Assembly: GCA_905233425.1 (NCBI GenBank)
Contig: CAJOEC010000002.1
Coordinates: 29,000-92,999 of the forward strand
Reading direction: 5' to 3'
DNA: 64,000 nucleotides
Source of the DNA: an uncultured Prevotella sp.
GTDB lineage: Bacteria; Bacteroidota; Bacteroidia; Bacteroidales; Bacteroidaceae
Shown piece by piece: positions 1 through 8,587 of this stretch. The stretch's first letter is position 1, and each line of letters begins with the position of its first letter. Under the pieces are notes generated by a model. That model searched no databases. It saw only the letters and a program-made list of their open reading frames with translations, and had not been told where the DNA came from. The translations under genes were made by a program, and so were the position numbers.

Positions 1-1
1 G

Positions 2-601
2 AACCTGGCCGTGCAGAACTCGTACAACCAGACGTTCATCGACGTGGTGCGCGCCACAGGCGGCAACAACGAGAAGCGCCACCTTATAGTGCAGACCTAC
101 GTGTGCAACCCTGACTTCGGCATCAACAACGGCGATTTCATCATCCCGACAGACACCGAGGGCAACGGCAACAACTACATGAGTGTGGAGTTCCACTACT
201 ACACGCCGTGGGACTACGCCGGCGAGTGCAAATACAATTTTTGGGGAACCCCCTACAAAGACAAGGGCGAGGCCTCGGAGAGCGACGAGAACACCATGAC
301 GACGTTCTTCAACAAGGTGGTCAGCACATGGGGTATCAAGGGCCTGGGCATCGTCGTGGGCGAATGGGGTGTCACCGACCGACAGAAGGCCGGGCTGACA
401 GATGTCATTCACGAGAACATGACCTACTACTGCAGCTTCTTGGTCAGCGAAGCGAAGAAGCGGGGCTTCTCCACCTTCGTCTGGGACAACAACAGTTTCG
501 GAAGCGGCCCGGAGCATTTCGGTATCTTCGACCGCAAGGCAAGCATGAAGGTGAAGGCCGACTGGGTGCTGAACGGCATCATGGAAGGGAAAGCGAAATA
601 A
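2..601 (+). CDS. Glycoside hydrolase family 5 endo-beta-glucanase, C-terminal part (5' end upstream of window)
   Basis: The frame is open from nt 2, and the track start at 11 is an internal GTG. GH5 hallmarks are SVEFHYYTPWDY and the nucleophile motif IVVGEWGV. Confidence 0.75.
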   Translation, partial: NLAVQNSYNQTFIDVVRATGGNNEKRHLIVQTYVCNPDFGINNGDFIIPTDTEGNGNNYMSVEFHYYTPWDYAGECKYNFWGTPYKDKGEASESDENTMTTFFNKVVSTWGIKGLGIVVGEWGVTDRQKAGLTDVIHENMTYYCSFLVSEAKKRGFSTFVWDNNSFGSGPEHFGIFDRKASMKVKADWVLNGIMEGKAK

Positions 602-631
602 ACACATAACAACTTAAAACAACAACGAAAC

Positions 632-1783
632 ATGAAAAGACTTATGAAAGGCGTGGCCGTAATGGCCATGACGGTGCTCGCCCTGACGGCCTGCACACAG
701 AAAAACGAGACTGTGAACACGGTGAATGACTTCAAGATCCAGCGGGGCACGAATGTGAGCCACTGGCTGTCGCAGAGCGAGGAGCGCGGCGAGGCCCGCC
801 GTATGCACATCCAGGAGGATGACTTCGCACGGCTTGACTCATTAGGCTTCGACTTTGTGCGCCTGCCTATCGACGAGGTACAGTTCTGGGACGAGGAAGG
901 GAACAAGCTGCCAGAGGCCTGGGAGCTGATGGACAATGCCATCCGCTGGGCCGAGAAGCACCATCTGCGCACCATTGTCGACCTGCACATCATCCGCTCG
1001 CACTACTTCAACGCCGTGAACGAGGACGGGGCCAACGCCAACACGCTCTTCACATCGGAGAAGGCACAGCAGGACCTCATCAATATGTGGTACCAGCTGA
1101 GCGACGTGCTGAAGGGCTACAGCTGCGACTCGGTGGCCTACGAGTTTATGAACGAGCCGGTGGCCGAAGACCATGAGCAGTGGAACCAGCTCATCGCCAA
1201 GGTGCACAAGGCCCTGCGTGAGCGCGAGCCGCAGCGCACGCTCGTCATCGGATCGAACATGTGGCAGAGCTATGGAACCATACAACATTTGAAGGTGCCT
1301 GAGAACGACAAGAACATCATCCTCTCGTTCCACTACTACAACCCCATGATCCTGACCCACTACGGGGCATGGTGGACACCCATCGGCAAATATACCGGCA
1401 AGGTGAACTATCCCGGCATCCTTGTTTCGCAGGAGGACTACGAGGCTGCCAACGACACAGTCAAGGCTGTCATCGACGAAAACGAGTTTACCACGCAGGT
1501 GTGGGACATCGACAAGATCCGTGCTGACTTTGCTGATGCCATTGCTGCTGCAAATAAGTACGGCCTGCAGCTGTTCTGTGGCGAGTGGGGCGTTTACGAG
1601 CCTGTCGACCGCGAGTTAGCCTACAAGTGGACGAAGGACATGCTGACCGTATTCAAGGAGAACAACATTGCCTGGACTACCTGGTGCTACGATGCCGACT
1701 TCGGTTTCTGGGATCAGCAGAAGCACGACTTCAAGGACAAGGGACTCGTTGACCTGCTCGTTGGCGAAGGGGAAAGTGAATAA
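632..1783 (+). CDS. GH5 cellulase-family lipoprotein
   Basis: Lipoprotein signal (..VLALTAC). GH5 acid/base motif FMNEP, HYYNP, and nucleophile motif FCGEWGV. Confidence 0.85.
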   Translation: MKRLMKGVAVMAMTVLALTACTQKNETVNTVNDFKIQRGTNVSHWLSQSEERGEARRMHIQEDDFARLDSLGFDFVRLPIDEVQFWDEEGNKLPEAWELMDNAIRWAEKHHLRTIVDLHIIRSHYFNAVNEDGANANTLFTSEKAQQDLINMWYQLSDVLKGYSCDSVAYEFMNEPVAEDHEQWNQLIAKVHKALREREPQRTLVIGSNMWQSYGTIQHLKVPENDKNIILSFHYYNPMILTHYGAWWTPIGKYTGKVNYPGILVSQEDYEAANDTVKAVIDENEFTTQVWDIDKIRADFADAIAAANKYGLQLFCGEWGVYEPVDRELAYKWTKDMLTVFKENNIAWTTWCYDADFGFWDQQKHDFKDKGLVDLLVGEGESE

Positions 1784-1809
1784 TTTGCTACCGCATGAGG
1801 TGACAAACC

Positions 1810-1831
1810 GTAAATAGTAAATTCGTAAATT
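1810..1831. repeat. AT-rich 7-8 bp microsatellite (GTAAATT x3) abutting the GH94 start codon
   Basis: Direct reading: gtaaata gtaaattc gtaaatt followed immediately by ATG at 1832. Confidence 0.6.
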
Positions 1832-4579
1832 ATGAAGACTTTTGGATATTTCGACGATAAGAACAGGGAATACGTCATCACCGACCCGGCAACACCGTTC
1901 CCATGGATAAACTACTTAGGCAATGAAGATTTCTTCGGACTGATAAGCAACACCGCCGGCGGCTACGACTTCTACAAGGACGCCAAGTTCCGCCGCATCA
2001 CGCGCTATCGCTACAACGGAGTGCCAATGGATGCGGGGGGCAGATACTTCTATATCAAGGAAAGCCCCACCCCCGACCCCTCCCGCGGAGGGGAGGGGAG
2101 TAGTTACTCTGAGCCTTGGAGTCCGGGGTGGAAGCCCTGTAAGACCCCGCTCGACAGTTACGAGTGCCGCCATGGCATGAACTACACCCGCATTACGGGC
2201 AGTAAGAATGGGGTGGAGGCAAGCGTGCTATTCTTCGTGCCGCTGAAGACGTGGGCGGAGGTGCAGAAGCTGACGCTGACGAACAAGAGCGGAGATACGA
2301 AGCGGCTTAAGCTGTTCTCCTTCACGGAGTGGTGCCTCTGGAATGCGGCTACGGACATGGAGAACTTCCAACGCAACTGGTCGACGGGGGAGGTGGAGAT
2401 AGAGAAAGCCCCCCTTTCGCCCCCCGAGGGGGGCACTACACCCTCTGCCACTAAAAGTATAGAAGCCCCCTCGGGGGCCGTAGGGGGGGCTACAACGATT
2501 TACCACAAGACCGAATACAAGGAACGCCGCAACCACTACGCCTACTATGCGCTGACCAATGCCGAGGCGCAGGGCTTCGACACCGATCGCGAGAGCTTCA
2601 TCGGGCTGTATAACGATTTCTCGAACCCGCAGTGCGTCATGGCTGGGAAGCCCAGCAACAGCGTTGCGCATGGGTGGAGCCCCATAGCCTCCCATTACGT
2701 CGAGGTGGAGCTACAGCCAGGAGAAAGCAAGGACTTCATCTTCGTGCTGGGGTACGAGGAGAATGAACAGGAGAAGAAGTTCAGCAGCCCCACCCCCAGC
2801 AGACCCTCCCCCCAGCCCCTCCCTGTGAGGGAGGGGAGTATATACTCTCAAGACGGAAATACAGCAACAGAAGTAACTACTCCCCTCCCTCACAGGGAGG
2901 GGTCGGGGGAGGGTCTTCTTCTTACCTCCCTCGGCTCTCTTGACCACACCATTATTAATAAAGAGAAGGCACATGCCGTCATTTCGCGTTTCTCGACTGT
3001 GGAGGCAGTTGATGCAGCCTTCGCCGAGTTGCGGGCAATGTGGGACGGGCTGCTGTCGAAGTTCACCGTGGAGAGCGGCGACGAGCGGCTCGACAGGATG
3101 GTGAATATCTGGAACCAGTACCAGTGCATGATCACGTTCTGCTTCTCCCGTAGCGCGTCATTCTTCGAGAGTGGCGTGGGGCGTGGCATGGGATTCCGCG
3201 ACTCAAACCAGGACCTTGTGGGCTTCGTCCACCAGATTCCGAGCCGTGCACGGCAGAGGATTATCGACATCGCCTCGACGCAGTTCCCCGACGGCGGTTG
3301 CTACCACCAGTACCAGCCACTGACGAAACGAGGCAACAACGACATCGGCGGAGGGTTCAACGACGACCCCTGCTGGCTCATCTTCGGCACGGTGGCATAT
3401 ATCAAGGAGACGGGCGACTTCTCCATCCTCGACGAGCCGGTGCCCTTCGACAACCAGCCGGGAACAGAGGTGTCGCTCTTTGAGCACCTGCGCATCTCGT
3501 TCAATCACGTCGTAGAGAACCTCGGCCCACATGCGCTGCCGCTCATAGGCCGCGCCGACTGGAACGACTGCCTGAACCTGAACTGCTTCTCATGGGACCC
3601 CAACGAGAGCTTCCAGACGACGGAGAACAACAGTGAAGGTTCGAAAGCCGAGAGCCTCATGATTGCCGGGCTGTTCGTGCTGACAGGGAAGCAGTACGTG
3701 GAGCTGTGCCGGGAGCTGGCTGGTTCGGTACACGGCGGCAATGCCGCCGTCTACAGGACAGAGGCCGACAGAGCACAAGGCTGTATCGACACCATGGTGG
3801 AGGCCGTGAAGAAGCACGGCTGGGACGGTGAGTGGTATCTCCGTGCCTACGACTTCTACGGCAACAAGATTGGAAGCAAGGAATGCGAGGAGGGAAAAAT
3901 CTTCATCGAGAGCCAGGGCTTCTGCACGATGGCAGGAATAGGACTTGAAGAGGGAATGGTCGACAAGGCCCTCGACTCGTGCAAGAAACACCTCGACTGC
4001 GAACACGGCATGGTGCTGAACAATCCCGCCTTCACCCGCTACTATGTGGAGATGGGCGAAATCTCAAGCTATCCAGCAGGCTACAAGGAGAACGCAGGTA
4101 TCTTCTGCCACAACAACCCGTGGGTTATCATCGGCGAGACCGTGGCACGACGTGGCAACGACGCCTGGGAGCACTACACGAAGATCGGCCCCGCGTGGAT
4201 CAAGGACCAGCAGCTGCACAAGGTGGAGCCTTACGTCTACTGTCAGATGGTGGCCGGCAAGGACGCCGCCAAGCCCGGAGAGGGCAAGAACTCATGGCTC
4301 ACCGGCACCGCCGCATGGAACTGGCTGACCATCACCCAGTATATCCTCGGCATTCGGCCTACCTATGACGGACTGGAGATTGACCCCTGCATTCCCTCGA
4401 CGCTGAAGGAATATCGCGTGCACCGCGTCCTCCGCGACGCTGAGTTCGAAATAACGGTGAAGAACCCCGACGGGAAACAGAGCGGGGTGACGAGCGTGAC
4501 CCTCGACGGGAAAACCGTCGAGCGCGGCCGTGCCATAAAGGCAACGCCGGGTAAGCATGTCGTTGAAGTGATAATGTAA
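1832..4579 (+). CDS. GH94 cellobiose/cellodextrin phosphorylase (cytoplasmic), with three in-frame repeat insertions
   Basis: The N-terminus [30 protein letters not shown] and the catalytic-region motif [11 protein letters not shown] match GH94 phosphorylases along the whole length. There is no signal peptide. The ORF is 915 aa versus roughly 810-820 aa for characterised enzymes. Confidence 0.9.
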   Translation: MKTFGYFDDKNREYVITDPATPFPWINYLGNEDFFGLISNTAGGYDFYKDAKFRRITRYRYNGVPMDAGGRYFYIKESPTPDPSRGGEGSSYSEPWSPGWKPCKTPLDSYECRHGMNYTRITGSKNGVEASVLFFVPLKTWAEVQKLTLTNKSGDTKRLKLFSFTEWCLWNAATDMENFQRNWSTGEVEIEKAPLSPPEGGTTPSATKSIEAPSGAVGGATTIYHKTEYKERRNHYAYYALTNAEAQGFDTDRESFIGLYNDFSNPQCVMAGKPSNSVAHGWSPIASHYVEVELQPGESKDFIFVLGYEENEQEKKFSSPTPSRPSPQPLPVREGSIYSQDGNTATEVTTPLPHREGSGEGLLLTSLGSLDHTIINKEKAHAVISRFSTVEAVDAAFAELRAMWDGLLSKFTVESGDERLDRMVNIWNQYQCMITFCFSRSASFFESGVGRGMGFRDSNQDLVGFVHQIPSRARQRIIDIASTQFPDGGCYHQYQPLTKRGNNDIGGGFNDDPCWLIFGTVAYIKETGDFSILDEPVPFDNQPGTEVSLFEHLRISFNHVVENLGPHALPLIGRADWNDCLNLNCFSWDPNESFQTTENNSEGSKAESLMIAGLFVLTGKQYVELCRELAGSVHGGNAAVYRTEADRAQGCIDTMVEAVKKHGWDGEWYLRAYDFYGNKIGSKECEEGKIFIESQGFCTMAGIGLEEGMVDKALDSCKKHLDCEHGMVLNNPAFTRYYVEMGEISSYPAGYKENAGIFCHNNPWVIIGETVARRGNDAWEHYTKIGPAWIKDQQLHKVEPYVYCQMVAGKDAAKPGEGKNSWLTGTAAWNWLTITQYILGIRPTYDGLEIDPCIPSTLKEYRVHRVLRDAEFEITVKNPDGKQSGVTSVTLDGKTVERGRAIKATPGKHVVEVIM
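2063..2110. repeat. GC-rich hairpin insertion 1 inside GH94 (solo arm of the MITE-like family)
   Basis: agccccaccccc..CCCCTCC-cgc-GGAGGGG (stem 2077-2083/2087-2093)..gaggggagta..actct. It shares flanking strings with the left arm of the 2801-2917 element and encodes [16 protein letters not shown]. Confidence 0.7.
2406..2492. repeat. GC-rich nested-palindrome insertion 2 inside GH94
   Basis: Perfect palindromes GCCCCCCGAGGGGGGC (2419-2434) and GCCCCCTCGGGGGC (2465-2478), bounded by AGCCCCCC (2407) and GGGGGGCT (2484). Encodes [29 protein letters not shown]. Confidence 0.7.
2801..2917. repeat. 117-bp MITE-like element with ~35-nt terminal inverted repeats, in frame inside GH94
   Basis: Left arm agaccctccccccagcccctccctgtgagggagggg (2801-2836). 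Right arm cccctccctcacagggaggggtcgggggagggtct (2883-2917) is its near-perfect reverse complement. 117 bp equals 39 codons with no stop. Confidence 0.8.
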
Positions 4580-4598
4580 GAAGAATTGTGTTACTACA

Positions 4599-4638
4599 AA
4601 ATGAAAGGCTGGCCCAATGGGTCAGCCTTTCATTTTGT
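4599..4638. terminator. Bidirectional intrinsic terminator between convergent GH94 and GH3 genes
   Basis: An 11-bp perfect stem atgaaaggctg (4601-4611) / cagcctttcat (4623-4633), flanked by an A-run upstream and a T-run downstream. Confidence 0.7.
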
Positions 4639-4647
4639 CTTCGCCGT

Positions 4648-7104
4648 TTACAGGATGGTAACCTCGGAGAAATAGTGCTCGCGGAGGGGCTTGTGGACGG
4701 GGTCGCCTTTCAGCGTGACGGTCTGCTCGATGCGGATGTCCTGCGACGAGGCGCCAATCTTGATGACGTACTGGCCTGGGGCGATGTTCCATTGGCGCTG
4801 GCCCTCGTTGCTGTAGTAGCCGAACTGCTCGGTGTACAGTTTTACCTTGACGGTCTTGGACTCTCCGGGCTGTAACGACACGCGGATGAAACCCTGTAGC
4901 TGAATCGGCTTCAGAGGCTGGTCGGGAGATGTGGGTGAGAGATAAATCTGGGCCACCTCGTCGGCAGCGACTGCGCCGGTGTTCTTTATTTGGAAAGAGA
5001 GGGTGATGGCCTCGTCGGTGGCGCAGCCCTCGGCTGATGCCTCGGGAACGGTGGCTGTGCCCTCGGCTGATGCGTCGGGAACGGTGGTGGAAGCCTCAGG
5101 GACGGAATATTCGAAGGTGGTGTAGCTTAGTCCGTAGCCGAAGGGCCAGGCGACGCGTGGGTCTTGCTCAAGGCTGTAGTTATAGCACAGCGGCTCGTAG
5201 ACCTCGGTGTTGGGATAGCTTACGGAGAGCTTGCCCGATGGCGACACCTTGCCGAAGAGGATGTCGGTCACGGCGTTGCCGCCCTCCTCGCCCGGATACC
5301 ATGCCTGTATGACAGCGGCGCAACGCTCGGCAAGGCCGCTGATGACCTGTGCCCTGCCGCCGAATACCACGAGCACCACTGGCTTGCCTGTAGCCAGAAG
5401 CTCCTCGACAAACTCCTGCTGTTTGCCCGGCAGACGCAGACCCTGACGGTCGCGGTTCTCACCACAGAGCATCACATTCTCACCCACGGCTGCGATGATG
5501 ACATCGGCCTGACGTGCCATCTGCAACGCCTCCTTCTTGTCGGCCTTCTCGCCAGAGTCTACCTTACGATGCAGAATCTCGTACTCCCAAGCACGCTCGT
5601 CGCCCAGTTCGCTGAACTTGGTCTCAATCTCCTCAGTCCAGTCACAGCCACGGGAGTACATGAGGTTCACGCCTTCAGGCTTACGGCTCTGCATTCCCTC
5701 TAACAGGGTGACGATGTCGGGATGCTCCAGGTCGTCGGTGACCTTCTTCCAGAAGTAAGTCATGGAAGGGAAGGAGTAGTCGCCGCACATGGCCCACATA
5801 GAGTTGGCGTTAGGGCCGGTGAGGAGGATGTTTAGTGTTGAGGGTTGAGAGTTTAGAGTTGAGGGTTGAGAGTTTAGAGTTGAGGGTTGAGAGTTAAGCG
5901 TTGAGGGTTGAGAGTTGAGCGCAAGAGGCAGTACGCCGTTGTTCTCCAATAACACGATGCTCTGCGTTGCGATGTCGTAGGCAGTCTGCCTTTCCTCAGA
6001 CGTGTCGAGGGTGATGTCCTCTTTGCTGTAAAGGTAGGGGTTCTCATCGAAGAGACCGGCGCGGAATTTCATGCGGAGAACATCCTTGACAGCACGCTCG
6101 AAGGCTTCGGGTTTCACGAGACCCTTGTCGATGGCCTCCTGCAGATGCTGGTAGTTGGCACCGAAGGGGAAGTCGACATCGTTGCCCGCGTTGATTGCGG
6201 CGGCAGCTTTCTCTACAGGAGTGGACAAGTCGGGAATCTGGTCGATGGCCGTGTAGTCGCTGACTACCATGCCGTCGAAACCGATATAGCCGCGAAGAAT
6301 GTCCTGCAGGATTTCGCTGTTGGCCACACACCTCGTTCCATGCACATCGTGATAGCCCGGCATAAGAGCCACGCTGCCTGTCAGGCGTATCATCGCTTCG
6401 TGGGGCAGCAGAATCTCCTCCATCAGTTCCTTCTCGTCGGCATCGCCACCGCCGCCGTAGCCGAGGTAGTGTTTCGAGCAGGCACCCACGCCCTGCTTCA
6501 TGTCGCTCTGTTGCAGTCCCTTTACGAATGCTGTGCCCATGACGGCTGAGAGATAGCCGTCCTCGCCATACGACTCTTCCAGTCGGTTGAACGACGGAGT
6601 GCGGCACACGTCGACCATGGGCGATAGCGACAGTATGCCGCCCATCTTGCGTAAGGCTGTGCTCGTCTGCCGCGTCTTCACCTCGGCCAGTTCGGGATTG
6701 AACGAGCAGGCCTGGCCTATCTGTTGTGGATAGATGGTTGCGCCACGGGTGTCGATGCCCGAGAGCACCTCCTCGTGCATAAGTGCCGGAATGCCACTTG
6801 GCGTGTTCTTCATCAGCCACTGCTGCAAGGCGGCCACGTGGTCGCGCAATGTGTTAGGGTCGCGTGGTTTCTGTAGACAGAACTGCGAGAAATGGCCGAT
6901 GCCGTTTGGAATCAGCTCCCGGCATTTCGCCGTGTCGAGCTTTCCCTCGTCATCGAACAGTTCGTCCATGTACATACTCCTCAGTTGGGCGATGCGCTCC
7001 TCCTGAGTCATCCTTTCATAAAGTTCATTGACCTGCTGTTCCAAGTCGACAGCAGTGTTACAGCCTGTGAAAAGTACCGTCATAACAATCAATAGTTTGT
7101 TCAT
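4648..7104 (-). CDS. GH3 beta-glucosidase (periplasmic), with two in-frame tandem-repeat insertions
   Basis: Signal peptide, GH3 motifs KHYLGYGGGG and nucleophile region GFDGMVVSDY, and a C-terminal Fn3-like domain (GLSYTTFEYS.., ..IKNTG..). Confidence 0.9.
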   Translation of the reverse strand: MNKLLIVMTVLFTGCNTAVDLEQQVNELYERMTQEERIAQLRSMYMDELFDDEGKLDTAKCRELIPNGIGHFSQFCLQKPRDPNTLRDHVAALQQWLMKNTPSGIPALMHEEVLSGIDTRGATIYPQQIGQACSFNPELAEVKTRQTSTALRKMGGILSLSPMVDVCRTPSFNRLEESYGEDGYLSAVMGTAFVKGLQQSDMKQGVGACSKHYLGYGGGGDADEKELMEEILLPHEAMIRLTGSVALMPGYHDVHGTRCVANSEILQDILRGYIGFDGMVVSDYTAIDQIPDLSTPVEKAAAAINAGNDVDFPFGANYQHLQEAIDKGLVKPEAFERAVKDVLRMKFRAGLFDENPYLYSKEDITLDTSEERQTAYDIATQSIVLLENNGVLPLALNSQPSTLNSQPSTLNSQPSTLNSQPSTLNILLTGPNANSMWAMCGDYSFPSMTYFWKKVTDDLEHPDIVTLLEGMQSRKPEGVNLMYSRGCDWTEEIETKFSELGDERAWEYEILHRKVDSGEKADKKEALQMARQADVIIAAVGENVMLCGENRDRQGLRLPGKQQEFVEELLATGKPVVLVVFGGRAQVISGLAERCAAVIQAWYPGEEGGNAVTDILFGKVSPSGKLSVSYPNTEVYEPLCYNYSLEQDPRVAWPFGYGLSYTTFEYSVPEASTTVPDASAEGTATVPEASAEGCATDEAITLSFQIKNTGAVAADEVAQIYLSPTSPDQPLKPIQLQGFIRVSLQPGESKTVKVKLYTEQFGYYSNEGQRQWNIAPGQYVIKIGASSQDIRIEQTVTLKGDPVHKPLREHYFSEVTIL
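5028..5105. repeat. 33-bp tandem repeat x2.3 inside GH3
   Basis: cctcggctgatgcctcgggaacggtggctgtgc / cctcggctgatgcgtcgggaacggtggtggaag / cctcagggacgg. On the gene strand it encodes ..PEASTTVPDASAEGTATVPEASAEG.. Confidence 0.8.
5837..5920. repeat. 21-bp tandem repeat x4 (three RGTTGAG heptamers per unit) inside GH3
   Basis: gttgagggttgagagtttaga x2, then ..gttaagc and ..gttgagc variants. On the gene strand it encodes NSQPSTL x4, between the GH3 N-terminal and C-terminal domains (..NNGVLPLA[..]ILLTGPNAN..). Confidence 0.9.
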
Positions 7105-7130
7105 AGTTGCGTAATATATTAATTTTGGCG

Positions 7131-7138
7131 CAAAGTTA
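7131..7138 (-). promoter_or_regulatory. Candidate Bacteroidetes -7 box (TAACTTTG) for the GH3 gene
   Basis: The reverse complement of caaagtta matches TAnnTTTG, 27 nt upstream of the GH3 start codon. Confidence 0.45.
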
Positions 7139-7161
7139 GTAATTATTTATAAAATAATGTG

Positions 7162-7169
7162 TACCTTTG
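7162..7169 (+). promoter_or_regulatory. Candidate -7 box (TACCTTTG) for the sugar symporter gene
   Basis: Matches TAnnTTTG, 30 nt upstream of ATG 7199. Confidence 0.5.
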
Positions 7170-7198
7170 CAGCATAATTTTACGCAACACTTCAAATT

Positions 7199-8539
7199 AT
7201 GGCAAAACTAAGAGAAAAAATCGGCTACGCGCTCGGCGACGCCGCAGCGGGTGGCATCACGTGGAAGGTGATGTCGATTGCCTTTCCCCTGTTCTTCACC
7301 AACGTCTTCGGCCTCACCGTTGCCGACACGGCGACGCTGATGCTCATCGCACGAATGTTTGATGTCGTCACCGACCCGATGATGGGTATGCTTGCCGACC
7401 GCACGCAGAGCCGCTGGGGTACCTACCGCCCGTGGCTCATCTACGGTGCCGTGCCCTTCGGCCTCATCTTTGCCCTGCTGCTCTACACTCCTGAGTTCGG
7501 ACCTGTGGGCAAGCGCATCTGGGCCTATTCGCTCTATCTGCTTATGATGGTCGTCTACACCGCTGTCAATGTGCCTTACGGCTCGCTGCTCGGCGTGATG
7601 ACCGACGACGACAACGAGAAGAACCAGTTCTCGTCGTTCCGCATGGTCGGTGCCTACGCCATGGGATTCATCACGCTGCTGTCGTTCCCCTATCTGCAGA
7701 AGATGGTGGGCGGAAGCGACCAGCACCAGTATGCTGTGCTTGGAGCTTTCTTCGGTGTGATAGCCGCTGTCGGCACACTCGTCTGCGGTCTCTTGACCAA
7801 GGAGCGGTTGAAACCCATAAGGGCAGAGAAATTCTCGTTCAAACCCTTCGCCGACCTCTTCCGCAACCGTCCTTGGGTTATCCTGACGCTTGTCGGTGTA
7901 TGCATGAACTTCTTCAATGGCTTCCGCTATGCCGTCGCCGGCTACCTGTTCGAGTACTGCATGCACGGCGATGTCACCGTCTCGGGGCTGATTATCAACT
8001 ATACCGTGTTCATGACCTTTGGCGAACTCACCTGCATGATCTTCGGCGGTGTCTCGCCCGTGTTCACCAAGTGGGTTGGCGGCAAGCGCAAAGCCTTTAT
8101 GTGGGCCGCCGTCATTTGTGCCCTGACTTCCGTAGGATTCTTCTTCCTTCCCATGGATCCTGCATATATCTGGGTGATGGTTGCTGTCGTCATCCTCACC
8201 TCCGTGGGCATCGGCATCTACTCGCCGCTGCTCTGGTCGATGTATGCTGATGTCGCCGACTACGCCACCGAGAAGAACGGCACGTCGTCGACGGGCGTAA
8301 TATTCTCATCAGGCACCATGGCCATGAAGTTCGGCACCGCCATCAGCGGCTCGTTGGTTGCCATTTTGCTCGGCTTTGCCGGCTTCATCTCCGGCACCGA
8401 CGCCACGGGCCAGACCGTCATCACCATCACCGATGCCGATGCCGTAAACCGCATGATATGGGCGCTTTTCTCCATCATCCCCGCAGTCATTGCCTGCATC
8501 ATGTGGGGGTTGCTGTACATTTACCCCATCAAGAAGTGA
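7199..8539 (+). CDS. Glycoside-pentoside-hexuronide (GPH) family sugar:cation symporter
   Basis: Polytopic hydrophobic profile. N-terminal KIGYALGDAAAGG and FDVVTDPMMGMLADRT loop are typical of MelB/YicJ/XynP-type transporters. Confidence 0.8.
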   Translation: MAKLREKIGYALGDAAAGGITWKVMSIAFPLFFTNVFGLTVADTATLMLIARMFDVVTDPMMGMLADRTQSRWGTYRPWLIYGAVPFGLIFALLLYTPEFGPVGKRIWAYSLYLLMMVVYTAVNVPYGSLLGVMTDDDNEKNQFSSFRMVGAYAMGFITLLSFPYLQKMVGGSDQHQYAVLGAFFGVIAAVGTLVCGLLTKERLKPIRAEKFSFKPFADLFRNRPWVILTLVGVCMNFFNGFRYAVAGYLFEYCMHGDVTVSGLIINYTVFMTFGELTCMIFGGVSPVFTKWVGGKRKAFMWAAVICALTSVGFFFLPMDPAYIWVMVAVVILTSVGIGIYSPLLWSMYADVADYATEKNGTSSTGVIFSSGTMAMKFGTAISGSLVAILLGFAGFISGTDATGQTVITITDADAVNRMIWALFSIIPAVIACIMWGLLYIYPIKK

Positions 8540-8587
8540 CCTCACTAATGAACGATAATTCTGTCAAACACTAATTAAATATCAAGT

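Noticed and set aside
2783-2947. Intein or self-splicing insertion in GH94
   Set aside because: At ~55 aa it is too short. It has no Cys/Ser/Thr-His-Asn splice-junction residues and no endonuclease or Hint motifs. The DNA-level inverted repeats explain it better.
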